Shown: piece after piece, positions 26,725-38,836 of the stretch
Layout: every line of letters starts with the position of its first letter
Position numbering within the stretch: the stretch's first letter is position 1
From: Octopus sinensis
Taxonomy: Eukaryota
NCBI RefSeq assembly: GCF_006345805.1
Contig: NC_042998.1
Span: 113,460,001-113,524,000 of the forward strand
DNA: 64,000 nucleotides
Reading direction: 5' to 3'
Made by a program: the position numbers and the translations under genes
The notes under the pieces: model-generated
Databases searched by the model: none
Told to the model about the DNA's origin: nothing
Seen by the model: the letters and a program-made list of their open reading frames with translations, nothing else

Positions 26725-27806
26725 ATTATTATTAAAGCAGTGAGCTGGCAGAAACATAAGTGCACCAGGTGAAATGTTTAGCAGTATTTTGTGTCTTCAT
26801 GTTCTGGGTTCAAATTCTGCTGAGGTCGACTTTGCCTTTCATGCTTCTGTGGTTGATCAATTAAGTACCAGTGTAACACTGGGGGTTGATGTAATCGACT
26901 AGTTCCCTCTCCCAAAATTTCAGGTCTTGTACCTTGAGTAGAAAGGATAATTATTGTTACTAAGGCAGTGAGCTGGCAGAGTTGTTAGCATGCTGGGCAA
27001 AATGCCTTGTAGCATTTCATCTGTCATTACGTTTTGAGTTCAAATTCTGCTGAGGCTGACTTTGCTTTTCATCTCTTTCAGGATTGATAAAATGAGTACC
27101 CGTAGAGCACAGGTTGGTGTAATCAACTTACCCTCACCCCGGAAATTGCTAGCCTTGTGGCAAAATTTTAAGCCATTATTATTATTATCATTATTGAGCC
27201 TGGCTTGCCAGCTCTCAGTCAAACCATCCAACCCATGTCAGAACAGAAAGTGGATATTAAATGATGACGACGAGTATGATTATTATTATTTTTTTTGTTT
27301 TGTTACTATAAATTTGAGGGAGGGATATTAAGAGATTTTTGGCCTGCTACTTTGAGCAGATTTTGCTATTATGTATCATTGAAGGCATTTCAGTAATGGT
27401 CATCACATCAAGCATCAAGTAGATGTAGCAGTTTTATCAAAAGTCTCTCCCTCCCTCATTTTAAACTTAGTTTGGTTTGAGCAAGATGTGCTTGTTACTT
27501 CTAGCAGGTTAAATAATTGCATAGATGTTCTCTCATTGGCTTATCTGGCAGTAAGTAGGAGCCACAATGTAATACAATTCACTTGTACCTATGGTTGAGA
27601 TGAGTTGCTTTATGTATCTTAGGAGAGAGTAAATGAAAGTAATCTTTACTTGGTAGTTAGAAGCATAACAAGTTTTTTTATGTTCTCATATATTTGATTT
27701 GGAACATTTTCTATCATAATTCAATAATTATACATAGTATATAACAATATATATTTAGTCATTCTGCCTCGTCAAGAAGCAGATTTAACATTTCATCAAA
27801 AAGGAA

Positions 27807-28155
27807 AGTGCAAACCTCCGCCAAGGCAATACCAATGTCCTCTCAACGATTAACTGGAGTTGACTTTTAAAATGAGAATATCTGAAATAAACTCAACTAC
27901 TCTCACAAACGAGAATACTAAAAATGAACGCGACCGCTCTCAAAACTTAAGTAAAAGAACAGGAAGAATAATCCAGAATCCTAGTCCAGAACCAGATTGA
28001 TCCCAAAATTTAATCAGTTCATGTCAGTCACAAGGCCAAACATCCCAGAAAGTTTCATCTGAATCCATCTGGCAGTTCTTGAAATATTTTGTCCATGGAC
28101 AAACAAACAAACACGACTGAAAACAATACCTCCAAGTGATACTAAGAGGAAATAA
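27807..28155 (-). mobile_element. Second copy of the Helentron-type element, inverted
   Basis: Reverse complement aligns along its whole length with about 26380-26712 (acctccgccaagg; tgtccatggac; gaaagtttcatctgaatccatc). Confidence 0.75.
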
Positions 28156-29644
28156 GACTGGAAGTTGACTTTGTTGTAAATGTGGTTTTCACAAGAACCT
28201 AGGTCACTTCCTTTCCAATTTCCTGTAATAAAGTTAGTGCATCCATTTTTCAGTAACCTTTTAGAGATGTTGGGGTCAGTGAATCAACATAATATTCACA
28301 ACTTGTAGAGTTCTTATTGCCTATAACAAACTACTGTATCTGATTTTAGTCTATATCTGTAACATGTTAGGCTGTTATTTATCTCAAGCCATTCTGTGAC
28401 CAATTTTGTTTCACATGTGCCCATCAAGCCTTTTTCTTTTAGACACAGATTATCTAGGATTCTAGGTTAACGTAATCTAATGTCTCCATTTTTATTTTTT
28501 AAAGAATGTTGAGATATGAAGGAAATTTTCCTGCTATTTTAAACAAGTCAAGTGACTGCACAAAAGCTTGCTCATTGTTAAATTGAATAATTGCACTTTA
28601 TATCGTCTTGATAAAAGTAGAGCACAGCTTTAGTAATAATATAACACATGTCCATTGTTAAGTTAACATGATCATGGTAACAAGATTATCTTATTTAAGT
28701 TTATGTAAAAACAAACGAAAATGAATCACATACATTTAGTCAATGTCCCAACCCTTGTCTAAGTCTGTTTACCTCAGGACTGGTATGATCTATTGTGGGT
28801 ACAAGAACTTGTTGGAAATAATTATGCAGAGAACAGAATTAGGTCTCAGACAAAATATCTGCATTTTTAGTTATGGACCCTTTTGTACTATATTCAAATC
28901 CTGCCAATGGCAACTTGATCTCTCATCCTTCCGGAGTCAATGAAACAAACCTCCTGTCAAGTCCCCATGTCTAGGTAGGAGGTTTAGTGTGTGTGTGTGT
29001 GTGTGTTTTGGAAAGGTGGCTTTATGCCTGGTGACTAGTATATGGGGTGGTATGGGTAGATGTAATATCCCTATATATCATCAAAAATGTGAATGGAATC
29101 AAAGACTAATTTTTAAAAAAAATCAGCTTATTGAACCATAGAGCTTTAATTCATCGCCATCATTGTTTTCCATGGACTGGACAGTTTGATAGGATCTGAT
29201 GTGCTGCAGGGCTGTGCCAAGCTTCAGTGTCAGCTTTGGGTTGTTTTCTGTAGCTGGTTGCTCCTCCCAATGTCAACCATCTTACGGTGTGTACTGGATG
29301 CTTTTCGCACTCTAATGGCACTAGTTGCATAAAAACAATGGAAAAGGGGAAAAATCCTCATGACTAGGTAGGGGGATGAGTGGGTGGCAGGAGGTGGCTT
29401 TATGCCACGTGCTAGGCGGTGAAGATGATAGAGGGACAAGGACAAGTGTCCTACTATAGAGGAGATGCATGACTACCCCACATTATATAATAGCAAGCAG
29501 TATAAGATGGAAAGAAGAAGGTAGCGATAGGGTTCCAGAGCAAACTCTCAAGATACAAGTGGCTAAGCATAAGATAGGATTATGCTCAATATATCAGAGA
29601 GTGGGGAAGGAGAGGGTGAATAGCTTTATGGGAGAGTAACAAAT

Positions 29645-29818
29645 ACACTTTGACTGTGGCCATGCTGGATGACCCGCCTTTTTTAGTTGAGCAAATCGAC
29701 CCCAGGACTTATTCTTTGTAAGCCTAGTACTTATTCCATCGGTCTCTTTTGCCGAACTGCTAAGTCATGGGGACATAAACACACCAGCATCGGTTGTCAA
29801 GCGATATTGGGGGGACAA

Positions 29819-29863
<45 letters not shown>

Positions 29864-30035
29864 CATATATATGACAGGCTTCTTTCAGTTTCCGTCTACC
29901 AAATCCACTCACAAGGCTTTGATTGGCCCGAGGCTATAGTAGAAGACACTTGCCCAAGGTGCCACGTAGTGGGACTGAACCTGGAACCATGTGGTTGGTA
30001 AGCAAGCTACTTACCACACAGCCACTCCTACGTCT
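29645..30035 (-). mobile_element. Full-length tRNA-derived composite SINE with internal (CA)n/(TA)n
   Basis: Minus-strand head ggagtggctgtgtggtaagtagcttgcttaccaaccacatggttccaggttcagtccc (A/B-box-like); body ccttgtgagtggatttggtagacggaaactgaaagaagcc. Confidence 0.88.
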
Positions 30036-30388
30036 ATAAAACAGAATATAATTATTAATGAAATTTTATTTCATTAATTAAATGTGATAATATTTCATTA
30101 TTAATTTTAAATTGATGTTATTAATGTCAACTAAAGGAATTTCAAAATGAGCCTAGGCTTCTCTATTTGGATATTTGAAAAGTGGAATAAATTCTCTTGT
30201 CAGGAGAAAGAGCCTTAAAATGTTAAAATTGCTCTCTGTCTCCAGGTGTAACCATTGATTTATAATTCCAACACAAACAATTACTCGTTTCTTTTTGTCC
30301 TATCATTTACTTTATTCTGAAAATTGGATAAATTACTTTTTGATTCAAAACTAATATTGACTTCTTTTTGTTTCAATTAAGAAACATA

Positions 30389-30624
30389 CAGGGTGATCCA
30401 AAAGTAGGTTTAAAGTTATCACATACATACTTTAAATTTCTTTTAAAATATTTTATTATATTTAAATTTCTATCTTACAAACTGAAAAGGGAGCTTGACA
30501 AAATTAGCTAAATTAGCATAGAATAATGATTTCATACTTTTTTCATAATTAAGATCTAGACTGTTAATATATGAATACGAAAGAGATAGTTGAATTACTG
30601 TAAACCTACTTTTGGTCCACCCTG
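30389..30624. mobile_element. Tc1/mariner-type MITE
   Basis: 28-bp TIRs (30389-30416 and 30597-30624, 25/28 match) starting CAGGGTG; TA on both flanks (30387-88, 30625-26); 236 bp. Confidence 0.88.
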
Positions 30625-30961
30625 TATATGTTTTATAGTGAAACATTTTATATACTCTCTTTGAATCTGCAAATTTCACTTTGTTTAAAACACACACACA
30701 CACACATGCATGCACGCACGTGCACACACATGCACCTTTTATTTTTTTTCTGTCTTTTACTAGTTTCACTCATTTGATTGCGGCTATGATGGAGTACTGG
30801 CTTGAAGGGTTTAGTTGAACAAATCAACCCCTCTATTTATTTTTTTAAAAGACTGGTACTTATTCTATTGATTTCTATTTGTTGAAACACTAAGTTATGG
30901 GCTTGTAAAGAAACCAATACAGACTGTCAATAGGTAGTGGGGAAAAACACAAACACAGACA

Positions 30962-33797
30962 TCCACATAAGCTTAAAGATCCTGCGAATGGACAGAGATT
31001 TAGGGACATGCTACTTGAAGCCTTTGACGAAGTAGAAGGGGATAGAGTATCACATGGGGTAGAAGGCAACTGGACGTTTCTAAAGGACAACTTGCTGAGA
31101 GCCACTGACCAGATCTGTGGCTGGTGCAAAGTCCCCTCTTGTCCCAAGGTAACGTGGTGGTGGAATAGTGTTATAGACAGGGCTATTAGAGAAAAGAGAC
31201 AGACTTGGAAGGACTGGAAGAATGGTGGTAGCAGGGAATTGTATCAGACTGCCAAAAGGGAAGCTAGGAGACAGGTCTATCTAGCCAGAGGGGAAGCAGA
31301 TAAGAAAAAATTTGCCAATGTTCTGCACCGTGCGGACCAAAGACTGGAGGTGTTTCGCGTTGCAAGACAGTGTGTGAGAGAGAATTGTGATGTGGTAGGA
31401 GAGAAGTGTGTTCGGATGGAAGATGGTTCACTTGCGCTAAATGAGGGTGCAAAGAGAGAGGGTTGGAGACGCCACTATGAAAGGTTGCTGAATAAAGAAA
31501 ATGAATAGGATAAAGAGAGTCTGCCGAATGTTGACCCAACAGAGGGACCAGCTATCCGAGTTGACAGTTTCTTGGTAGTTAAAGCAATTAGAAGCATGAA
31601 GACAGGGAAAGCCCCAGGCCCATCAGGAATCACTGCAGAGATGCTCAAAATATCTGGTAGTGTCGGCTATAGCCTAGTCACCCGTATAGTTAATCAGGTG
31701 ATACACGAAGGAGTCATACCCAATGACTGGTGTAGCAGCATAATAGTCAACTGCTACAAAGGTAAAGGTGATGCCCTAGATACAAATAATTACAGAGGTA
31801 TCAAGCTGTTGGATCAGGTGATGAAGGTTACAGAGAGGGTCATAAGCCAACTAATTAGAGAGAGAGTTAGTTTAGATGAGATGCAGTTTGGGTTCATGCC
31901 AGGGAAAAGTACCACTGATGCTATATTCCTGGTAAGGCAGCTGCAGGAAAAATACCTAGCCAAAGATAAGCCCCTGTACCTGACTTTTGTTGATATGGAG
32001 AAAGCCTTCGACAGGGTCCCCCGATCCCTTATCTGGTGGTCAATGAGGAAACTAGGGATAGATGAATGGTTAGTGAGAGCTGTGCGAGCCATGTACAGGG
32101 ACGCTGCTAGTAAGGTGAGGGTTGGCAACGAGTACAGTGAAGAATTCCGGGTAGAGGTAGGGGTCCACCAAGGCTCAGTCCTCAGCCCCCTCCTATTTAT
32201 CATAGTCCTCCAGGCAATAACGGAGGAATTCAAGACAGGATGCCCTTGGGAGCTCCTCTATGCTGATGACCTTGCGCTAATTGCTGAGTCACTATCAGAA
32301 CTGGAGGAGAAGTTTCAGGTGTGGAAGCAAGGATTAGAATCGAAGGGCCTTAGAGTCAATCTAGCTAAAACCAAAGTACTAATAAGTAGGAAGGTAGACA
32401 AATCACAAACGCCTTCAGGTAGATGGCCCTGCTCGATCTGTAGAAAAGGTGTAGGTAGAAACTCTATAAGATGCACCAAGTGTAAGCTATGGACACATAA
32501 GAGGTGCAGCAATGTCAAAGGAAGGCTAACTAGGAAGATGATTTTTGTATGTGGCAGATGCTCAGGAACAATAAACACTGAAAATGCTCTGAGACCAACT
32601 TCTGTCACTTTCCAGGGAGAAAAACTAGAAATAGTTGATAGCTTCCGTTACCTAGGTGACCAAGTCAGCAGCGGGGGCGGGTGTGCTGAAAGTGTAACTG
32701 CTAGAGTAAGAATAGCTTGGGCAAAGTTCAGAGAGCTCTTACCTCTGCTGGTGACAAAAGGCCTCTCGCTCAGAGTAAAAGGCAGACTGTATGACGCGTG
32801 TGTACGAACAGCCATGTTACATGGCAGTGAAACATGGGCCGTGACTGCTGAGGATATGCGTAAGCTCGCAAGAAATGAAGCCAGTATGCTCCGATGGATG
32901 TGTAATGTCAGTATTCATACTCGACAGAGTGTAAGTACCTTGAGAGAAAAGCTGGACCTAAGAAGCATCAGATGTGGTGTGCAAGAGAGACGTTTGCGCT
33001 GGTATGGTCATGTGGCGAGAATGGATGAAGATAGTTGTGTGAAAAAGTTCCACACCCTAGCGGTTGAGGGAACCTGTGGAACAGGTAGACCCAGGAAAAC
33101 ATGGGACGAGGTGGTGAAGCACGACCTTCGAACTTTAGGTCTCACTGAGGAAATGACTAGAGAGCGAGACCTCTGGAAGTATGCTGTGCGTGAGAAGACC
33201 CGGCAGGACAAGTGAGACCATAACCCGTGGCCTTCTACATGGGATGTAGCCAGCCCACTTATGCATACCTTCCCTTCTTGGGACACAAAACTCTACTTGT
33301 GAAGACCTGTTGAGGCAAGTGAGAATCAGAATTAGAATCGAAATCGATCAATGGAAATTGCAGCTGAGTTACCAGTGCCGGTGGCACGTAAGAGAACCAT
33401 CCGTTCGTGGCCGTTGCCAGCGCCGCCCCGACTGGCCTCGTGCCGGTGGCGCGTAAAAAGCACCATCCGTTCGTGGCCGTTGCCAGCGCCGCCCCGACTG
33501 GCCTCGTGCCGGTGGCACGTAAAAAGCACCATCCGTTCGTGGCCGTTGCCAGCCTCGCCTGGTCCCCGTGCCGGTGGCACATAAAAAGCACCATCCGATC
33601 GTGGCCGTTTGCCAGACTCGTCTGGCACCTGTGCCGGTGGCACGTAAAAAGCACCCACTACACTCATGGAGTGGTTGGCGTAGAAACATTGCCAGATCAA
33701 ACTGGGCCTGGTGCAGCCTTCTGGCTTCCCAGACCCCAGTTGAACCGTCCAACCCATGCTAGCATGGAAAGCGGACGCTAAACGATGATGATGATGA
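30962..33797 (+). mobile_element. RTE-clade LINE, 5'-truncated, RT ORF nearly intact
   Basis: ORFs 31008-31508 and 31572-33215 are in one frame, separated by a single TAG; motifs KAPGPSG, NYRGIKLL, QFGF, KAFDRV, HQGSVLSP, YADD; 3' UTR minisatellite; (GAT)n tail; flanked on both sides by halves of a SINE. Confidence 0.97.
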
Positions 33798-33949
33798 TAC
33801 ATACATACATACATACAAGGTGCCATGCAGTAGGACTGAACCCAAAACCATGTGGTTGGGAAGCTGGTTTCTTACAATGCAGCCAAACTCGTAAATACAT
33901 ACACACCGACAGACAGACAGACACACGCGCGGGCACGCCCCACCCCACT

Positions 33950-33954
33950 CACAC

Positions 33955-34019
<65 letters not shown>
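33950..34019. repeat. (CA)n microsatellite
   Basis: Direct read. Confidence 0.95.
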
Positions 34020-34020
<1 letters not shown>

Positions 34021-34299
34021 TTATATATTTACAACCGTAGATTAAACTATGTATATAATGAATCTAAATAGCTTGGAAATTAAAATTAGGACACAGAAAT
34101 TAGCATAATCCCAGTGTGATGGTTGACTTGTAAACTAAAACATCTGTAATAATAGTCCAAGATACATATGGAAATTAGATGGTCTCGGTTGGAACGTTTT
34201 ATAGGCGTGTTTAATGAGGCTTAGCCTAGGCTGTACAACAGTAGCACCACCAAACTAATTATGTTTCTGTCTCTTTCATGCCCAAATTTTTTGGGGAGG

Positions 34300-34648
34300 G
34301 GGCCAGTCATTTAGATCGATCCCAGTACGCAACTGGTACTTAATTTACCAACTACGAAAGGATGAAAGGTAAAGTCGACCTCGGCAGAATTTGAACTCAG
34401 AACATTAAGACAGGTGAAATACCTATTTCTTTACTACCCACAAGGGGCTAAACACAGAGAGGACAAACAAGGACAGACAAACGGATTAAGTCGATTATAT
34501 CGACCCCAGTGCGTTACTGGTACTTATTTAATCGACCCCGAAAGGAGAAAAGCAAAGTCGACCTCGACGGAATTTGAACTCAAAACGTAGCGGCAGACAA
34601 AATACGGCTACGCATTCCGCCCAGCGTGCTAACGTTTCTGCCAGCTCA
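34300..34648 (-). mobile_element. SINE monomer plus partial second unit
   Basis: Reverse complement of the gagctggcagaaacgttagcacg head and core; tail gaaataggtatttc runs into a second core. Confidence 0.85.
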
Positions 34649-35059
34649 GATTCAGTTGCTTTGTGAAGAGTTCTCTCCCCTTAATTCTATTTAATGCCTG
34701 ACTATCTCCCCTACATCTCAATAACACAATATGGGCATAAAACACTGCAGTAAAACAACGTTCTTCTATAATAATAACTTTCAAAATATATTTTCAACAC
34801 TTTTTCACTGAACATTTATGATAAATTTATATTTTAATAATATTGCGACATATAAGATGAACTAAATAGTTTCATGGTCTTTGATTTTTCATGACAGGTG
34901 TGACGTGACCTAAACAACGATATAATATATACTTATAAAAATCACCCATATGATTGAAATTATAAGCCTCTCTGTATTTAACAACCTTCAAGCGTTTTAG
35001 TTATAGTTCTTTCTGGTTCACACTATCTCGGTGGTTTGATTTTGTTAGATTTAGAAGTT

Positions 35060-36025
35060 TTATCTTGAAAACAGTATCCAAAACAAAGAAACCCAACCTA
35101 TTACAAATTTAAACGAATTATTTCTTGCCGCAGAGTTACGCAGAAACCAAGGTCTGCGTTTAGTGGTATGTCTCGTTATTTGTTCTTCTTCAAAAAATCC
35201 AGGTGGATACGCTCTATTAATATTACTGTTCAGCTTTGTTTGATTATTCTTTCTGGCGTCAGAATTGCTGTCCTTATTCGGTCTATTAGAATACATCGCT
35301 TTAGTGGTAGTAGTACGCGGTTTGTAAGTCATTACACAGTAAATACCATCTTCGATATTCGGTTTGAAAAAGGGACATTGCCATGGCAAAAAGTCCATTA
35401 TATTCATATTGGATGTAGGCGAACGCATCCATTCAAGAGCTTGGTGAATGTTGATGATAAAGACATCTTCCATAGCTACTAAACGATTTAAAAACTCATC
35501 CATTGCATCTAGATTGTCAGTCTTATCTAACCAAGGAGAATGAAGATTTAAATAATACGGAGCTCTGTTGGTCCGGTAGTTCCTCAGAAAATTCTTCCAC
35601 AATATTTGAAACGCTTCGTCTTTGTTTCGTGGTTTGTTTTGGCAGAAATCTACATAGGCACAAGGCAAATGCTCTCTGTAGTCCATTAAGGTGACTACAG
35701 GAACTTCCCAGAAGCCAGGGTAAGACTTTTGTGGACACGGTTTAATGTTGCAACCAATAGCGAGGGGAGAATCCAGTGTAAATGGCCAAATTACTGGTGA
35801 ATAAACATTCCTGGGAAAAGGATGAGTAAGGGTGGCATCATAAGTAAAATTATTCTTCCAAAGAATGGTAAACATCGTGTCGCCTGTTGGTTGCAGAAAT
35901 GGACTTCGCCAACCTCGAATATGTTCAATTGGAATTTCTGCAAGATTTGCAAGGTTGTGACGTTGAGTTAATATTTCATTAGCTAACTCTTCTTCGCTAG
36001 CATTTTTCCACCATTCATGCGGTAC
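35060..36025 (-). CDS. Deacetylase coding exon 2 (321 aa + stop)
   Basis: Acceptor tacag at 36026-36030; VPHEWW...[17 protein letters not shown] (extends the supplied ORF by 50 codons)...WPFTLD...YPGFWEVP...[14 protein letters not shown]...[15 protein letters not shown]. Confidence 0.93.
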   Translation of the reverse strand, partial: VPHEWWKNASEEELANEILTQRHNLANLAEIPIEHIRGWRSPFLQPTGDTMFTILWKNNFTYDATLTHPFPRNVYSPVIWPFTLDSPLAIGCNIKPCPQKSYPGFWEVPVVTLMDYREHLPCAYVDFCQNKPRNKDEAFQILWKNFLRNYRTNRAPYYLNLHSPWLDKTDNLDAMDEFLNRLVAMEDVFIINIHQALEWMRSPTSNMNIMDFLPWQCPFFKPNIEDGIYCVMTYKPRTTTTKAMYSNRPNKDSNSDARKNNQTKLNSNINRAYPPGFFEEEQITRHTTKRRPWFLRNSAARNNSFKFVIGWVSLFWILFSR

Positions 36026-36468
36026 CTGTAATTAGAGTAAAATGAAAAGGAAGTTAGTGGTGAATTATTTGATAACTGTTATATGTATATAAACGAAATG
36101 CTATAAACATTTGAAATACTACGTGTATTATAATTAAGCATATTAAAACTGGTGTAGTACACGTCAAAAACGACGGGATTTAGTTTCGCTTCCTTTTAGT
36201 ATTTTTAATGTTTTTGCTTCAAGCTTTGCTCAGTTTTCATTTTGCTTCGTTTCAGTTATTATTCTTTTTGCCATTATTTACCCCGTTTTATTATTCTGAC
36301 TAGTTCACATTTTAGACACTGTCTGTTTCTCGTCTCTCGCCCTCTCTTCCACTATATATATATATAATATACATGCATACATGCATGCGTGCATACATAC
36401 ATACATACATACATACATACATACATACATACATACATACATACATACATACATACATACATACATAC

Positions 36469-36533
<65 letters not shown>

Positions 36534-36543
36534 CATACATACA

Positions 36544-36574
<31 letters not shown>

Positions 36575-36901
36575 GTGAGTTTGGAGGGATATATTATCTT
36601 GGTGGATACCACAATGACACTCACTTAAGTTCCAGTTTACGGCTAACCATATGATCAGCATTTAACGTCTGTAACTACTATTAGTTGTTAATCACAGTGA
36701 ACTCTTCCGACGAGTAATTCTATGTTCGCTTCCCTGGACGGTAATATTGTCTGGAGTACATATTAGTAATAATTATATACATTATGGAGACTAGTTCATC
36801 CTCAAACTGTTTTACAATTTTATGTAACATATTACTATGACATACACGTTTTTCCACTGCACAGGCTGGCAGTTGCAGATGCAGCCTGGCACTATTAAAC
36901 A

Positions 36902-36948
<47 letters not shown>

Positions 36949-38774
36949 GTTCTTTTGTTTTCTTACAATATTATTTTGCCTCTAGCTCTTCCACCTGCTA
37001 ATGTCTCCTCCGCTTATCTCGATATTTATATACAATTTTCCCTTTTTCTCTCCATCCTACTCTCTCAGTCTTCCACCTTCTCAATTTAGTGTTCTATCAT
37101 ATCTACTCTCTTCCACGCCTCTCACCACAGCTCATTCTTCTTCCTGCCAATATGACGAAAAGAAGGAAACCAACAACCAATTAAAATCACACCTTCACTA
37201 GAAAGGAGAGAAAAAAGACGACACAAAAACAAAAACCTTGCGTTTTGGTAAAATCGTTAAGTGCGCCAATCCTGCCAAAATCAACTTCAAAAGATTAGAA
37301 AATATCAATTGCCCTCAAAGTGGTTCAAGGTAAAGAATCACTTGTGCTAGTTCAAAGACTGTGGAAACGAAATAAAATAGAAAGCTTGGAGCTAAGTCTT
37401 CAGTTGCGAAACTTTCAAGTGATTTTAAAGCCGTAGACTTAGATGAAGACCTGCTTAAGTCTGGAAAGCCATACAGTCTCAGTGAAATACAGCCATCCGG
37501 GTTCCTCTCATTACCTGACTCTCAATTCAGAATCACAGAGGGATAAAGGCTACATACAGAGATCTGTTCATCCACTAGATCAGGCTTTCGTCCCTTGTAT
37601 AAGCAGGGCTGATCTACAGTAGATGAACAGATCTATTTAACCGGCTTAAGTACTTATGTGAAGAAGATTTTGAAATCCTTTAACCAGACACCCGTTCTAA
37701 TGCTTACAACAGACTGGGTTCTGCTCAAGGAACACGTAAGCAAAGTGGTGGCGTAAAACCGGGCGATGTTTTAAGTGTATTTTATAAAAATAAGAACAAT
37801 TTTCCCGACAGATTACCACTCTGTTTCCATCCACCAATTTTCACTTATAAGGCTTTGGTTGAAGACAGATTTACACCTAAGATGCTGCACGGGGGAATTG
37901 AACCCGAACCACATGAAATTGCATAGCTGCGAAGCAAACTTAACTGCATAATTATGATTGCATTCACTAATTGACAGTGAGAGGCAGAGTTTAGGAAAGA
38001 GTTGAGTGCTGGACTTGCCACATTTAATATTCGTCCCGAGTTCATGTTCCACAGAAGTAGACATTGTTCTGCGTACCTCTGAAGTATTGTAAAAAAATAT
38101 ACCTACTAGGGTTGATTCAATTGCTTGCACCTCTTCACTGAAATTGGTAGGCTTGTTTCAAAGCCAAGAATGAGTATGATTACTGCTAATTGCTTTGGTA
38201 AAGAGGGACGATTGGCAGAATCCCTAGAGTGTCAGACAAAAGCCCTGGGGTATTTTGTCCTTTGCGTTTTGTGTTCAAATCCAGCCGAGATCAACTTCAC
38301 CTTTCATCCTTTCGGTGTCGATAAAATAAAGTACCAATCAAGTATTGGAGATCGAATCCACCTCCTCTCCCTCTCAAAATGGGATAATCTATGTCTAGTG
38401 GATTAAAAGAGGATTTCAGCCGGTCCAAAGGCCGAGTAAGTTGGGCTGTCCATTCTCATCATCAAGTTAGACTCCGCTATGCGCTTAAATTATAGAAGTG
38501 TCGTCCTTTCATAGGATCCTATGTTGACAAAGGCATATGTGAGAACGATAGGGTCAAGACTCCACCCCCTAGACACCGAAGGGCACAGCTGTGTGGAGGG
38601 CTAGATAGTCGCAATTGTTTTCCTCTATGTACTACACTTTTAAAGTGTCTCCACGGACGAAGAGACAATACAAAATGAAAACACAGGTATTTCATTACAG
38701 CAGACTCAGGAGGCCCACCGTCTGTTTTTGTTTTCAAGAAGTCAGTGTTGACTTGAACTTGAGATGTGTGTGTT

Positions 38775-38836
<62 letters not shown>

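Larger units (their letters stand above)
24944..27193 (+). mobile_element. Head-to-tail stack of six decayed SINE copies with nested insertions
   Basis: Heads at about 24944, 25169, 25903, 26151, 26734 and 26962, separated by (ATT)n tails. Confidence 0.88.

Noticed and set aside
31814-33286. Antisense ORFs over the RTE (31814-32233, 32315-32608, 33008-33286)
   Set aside because: Shadow ORFs of the RT coding strand.
33377-33655. CRISPR-like array of palindromic repeats (also 21466-21756)
   Set aside because: Spacers are copies of each other, the arrays sit in RTE 3' UTRs, there are no cas genes, and the context is eukaryotic.
36305-36661. [12 protein letters not shown] repeat ORFs (also 33759-34045, 38519-39208, 41016-42275, 49607-50195, 62259-62833)
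   Set aside because: Microsatellite translations.
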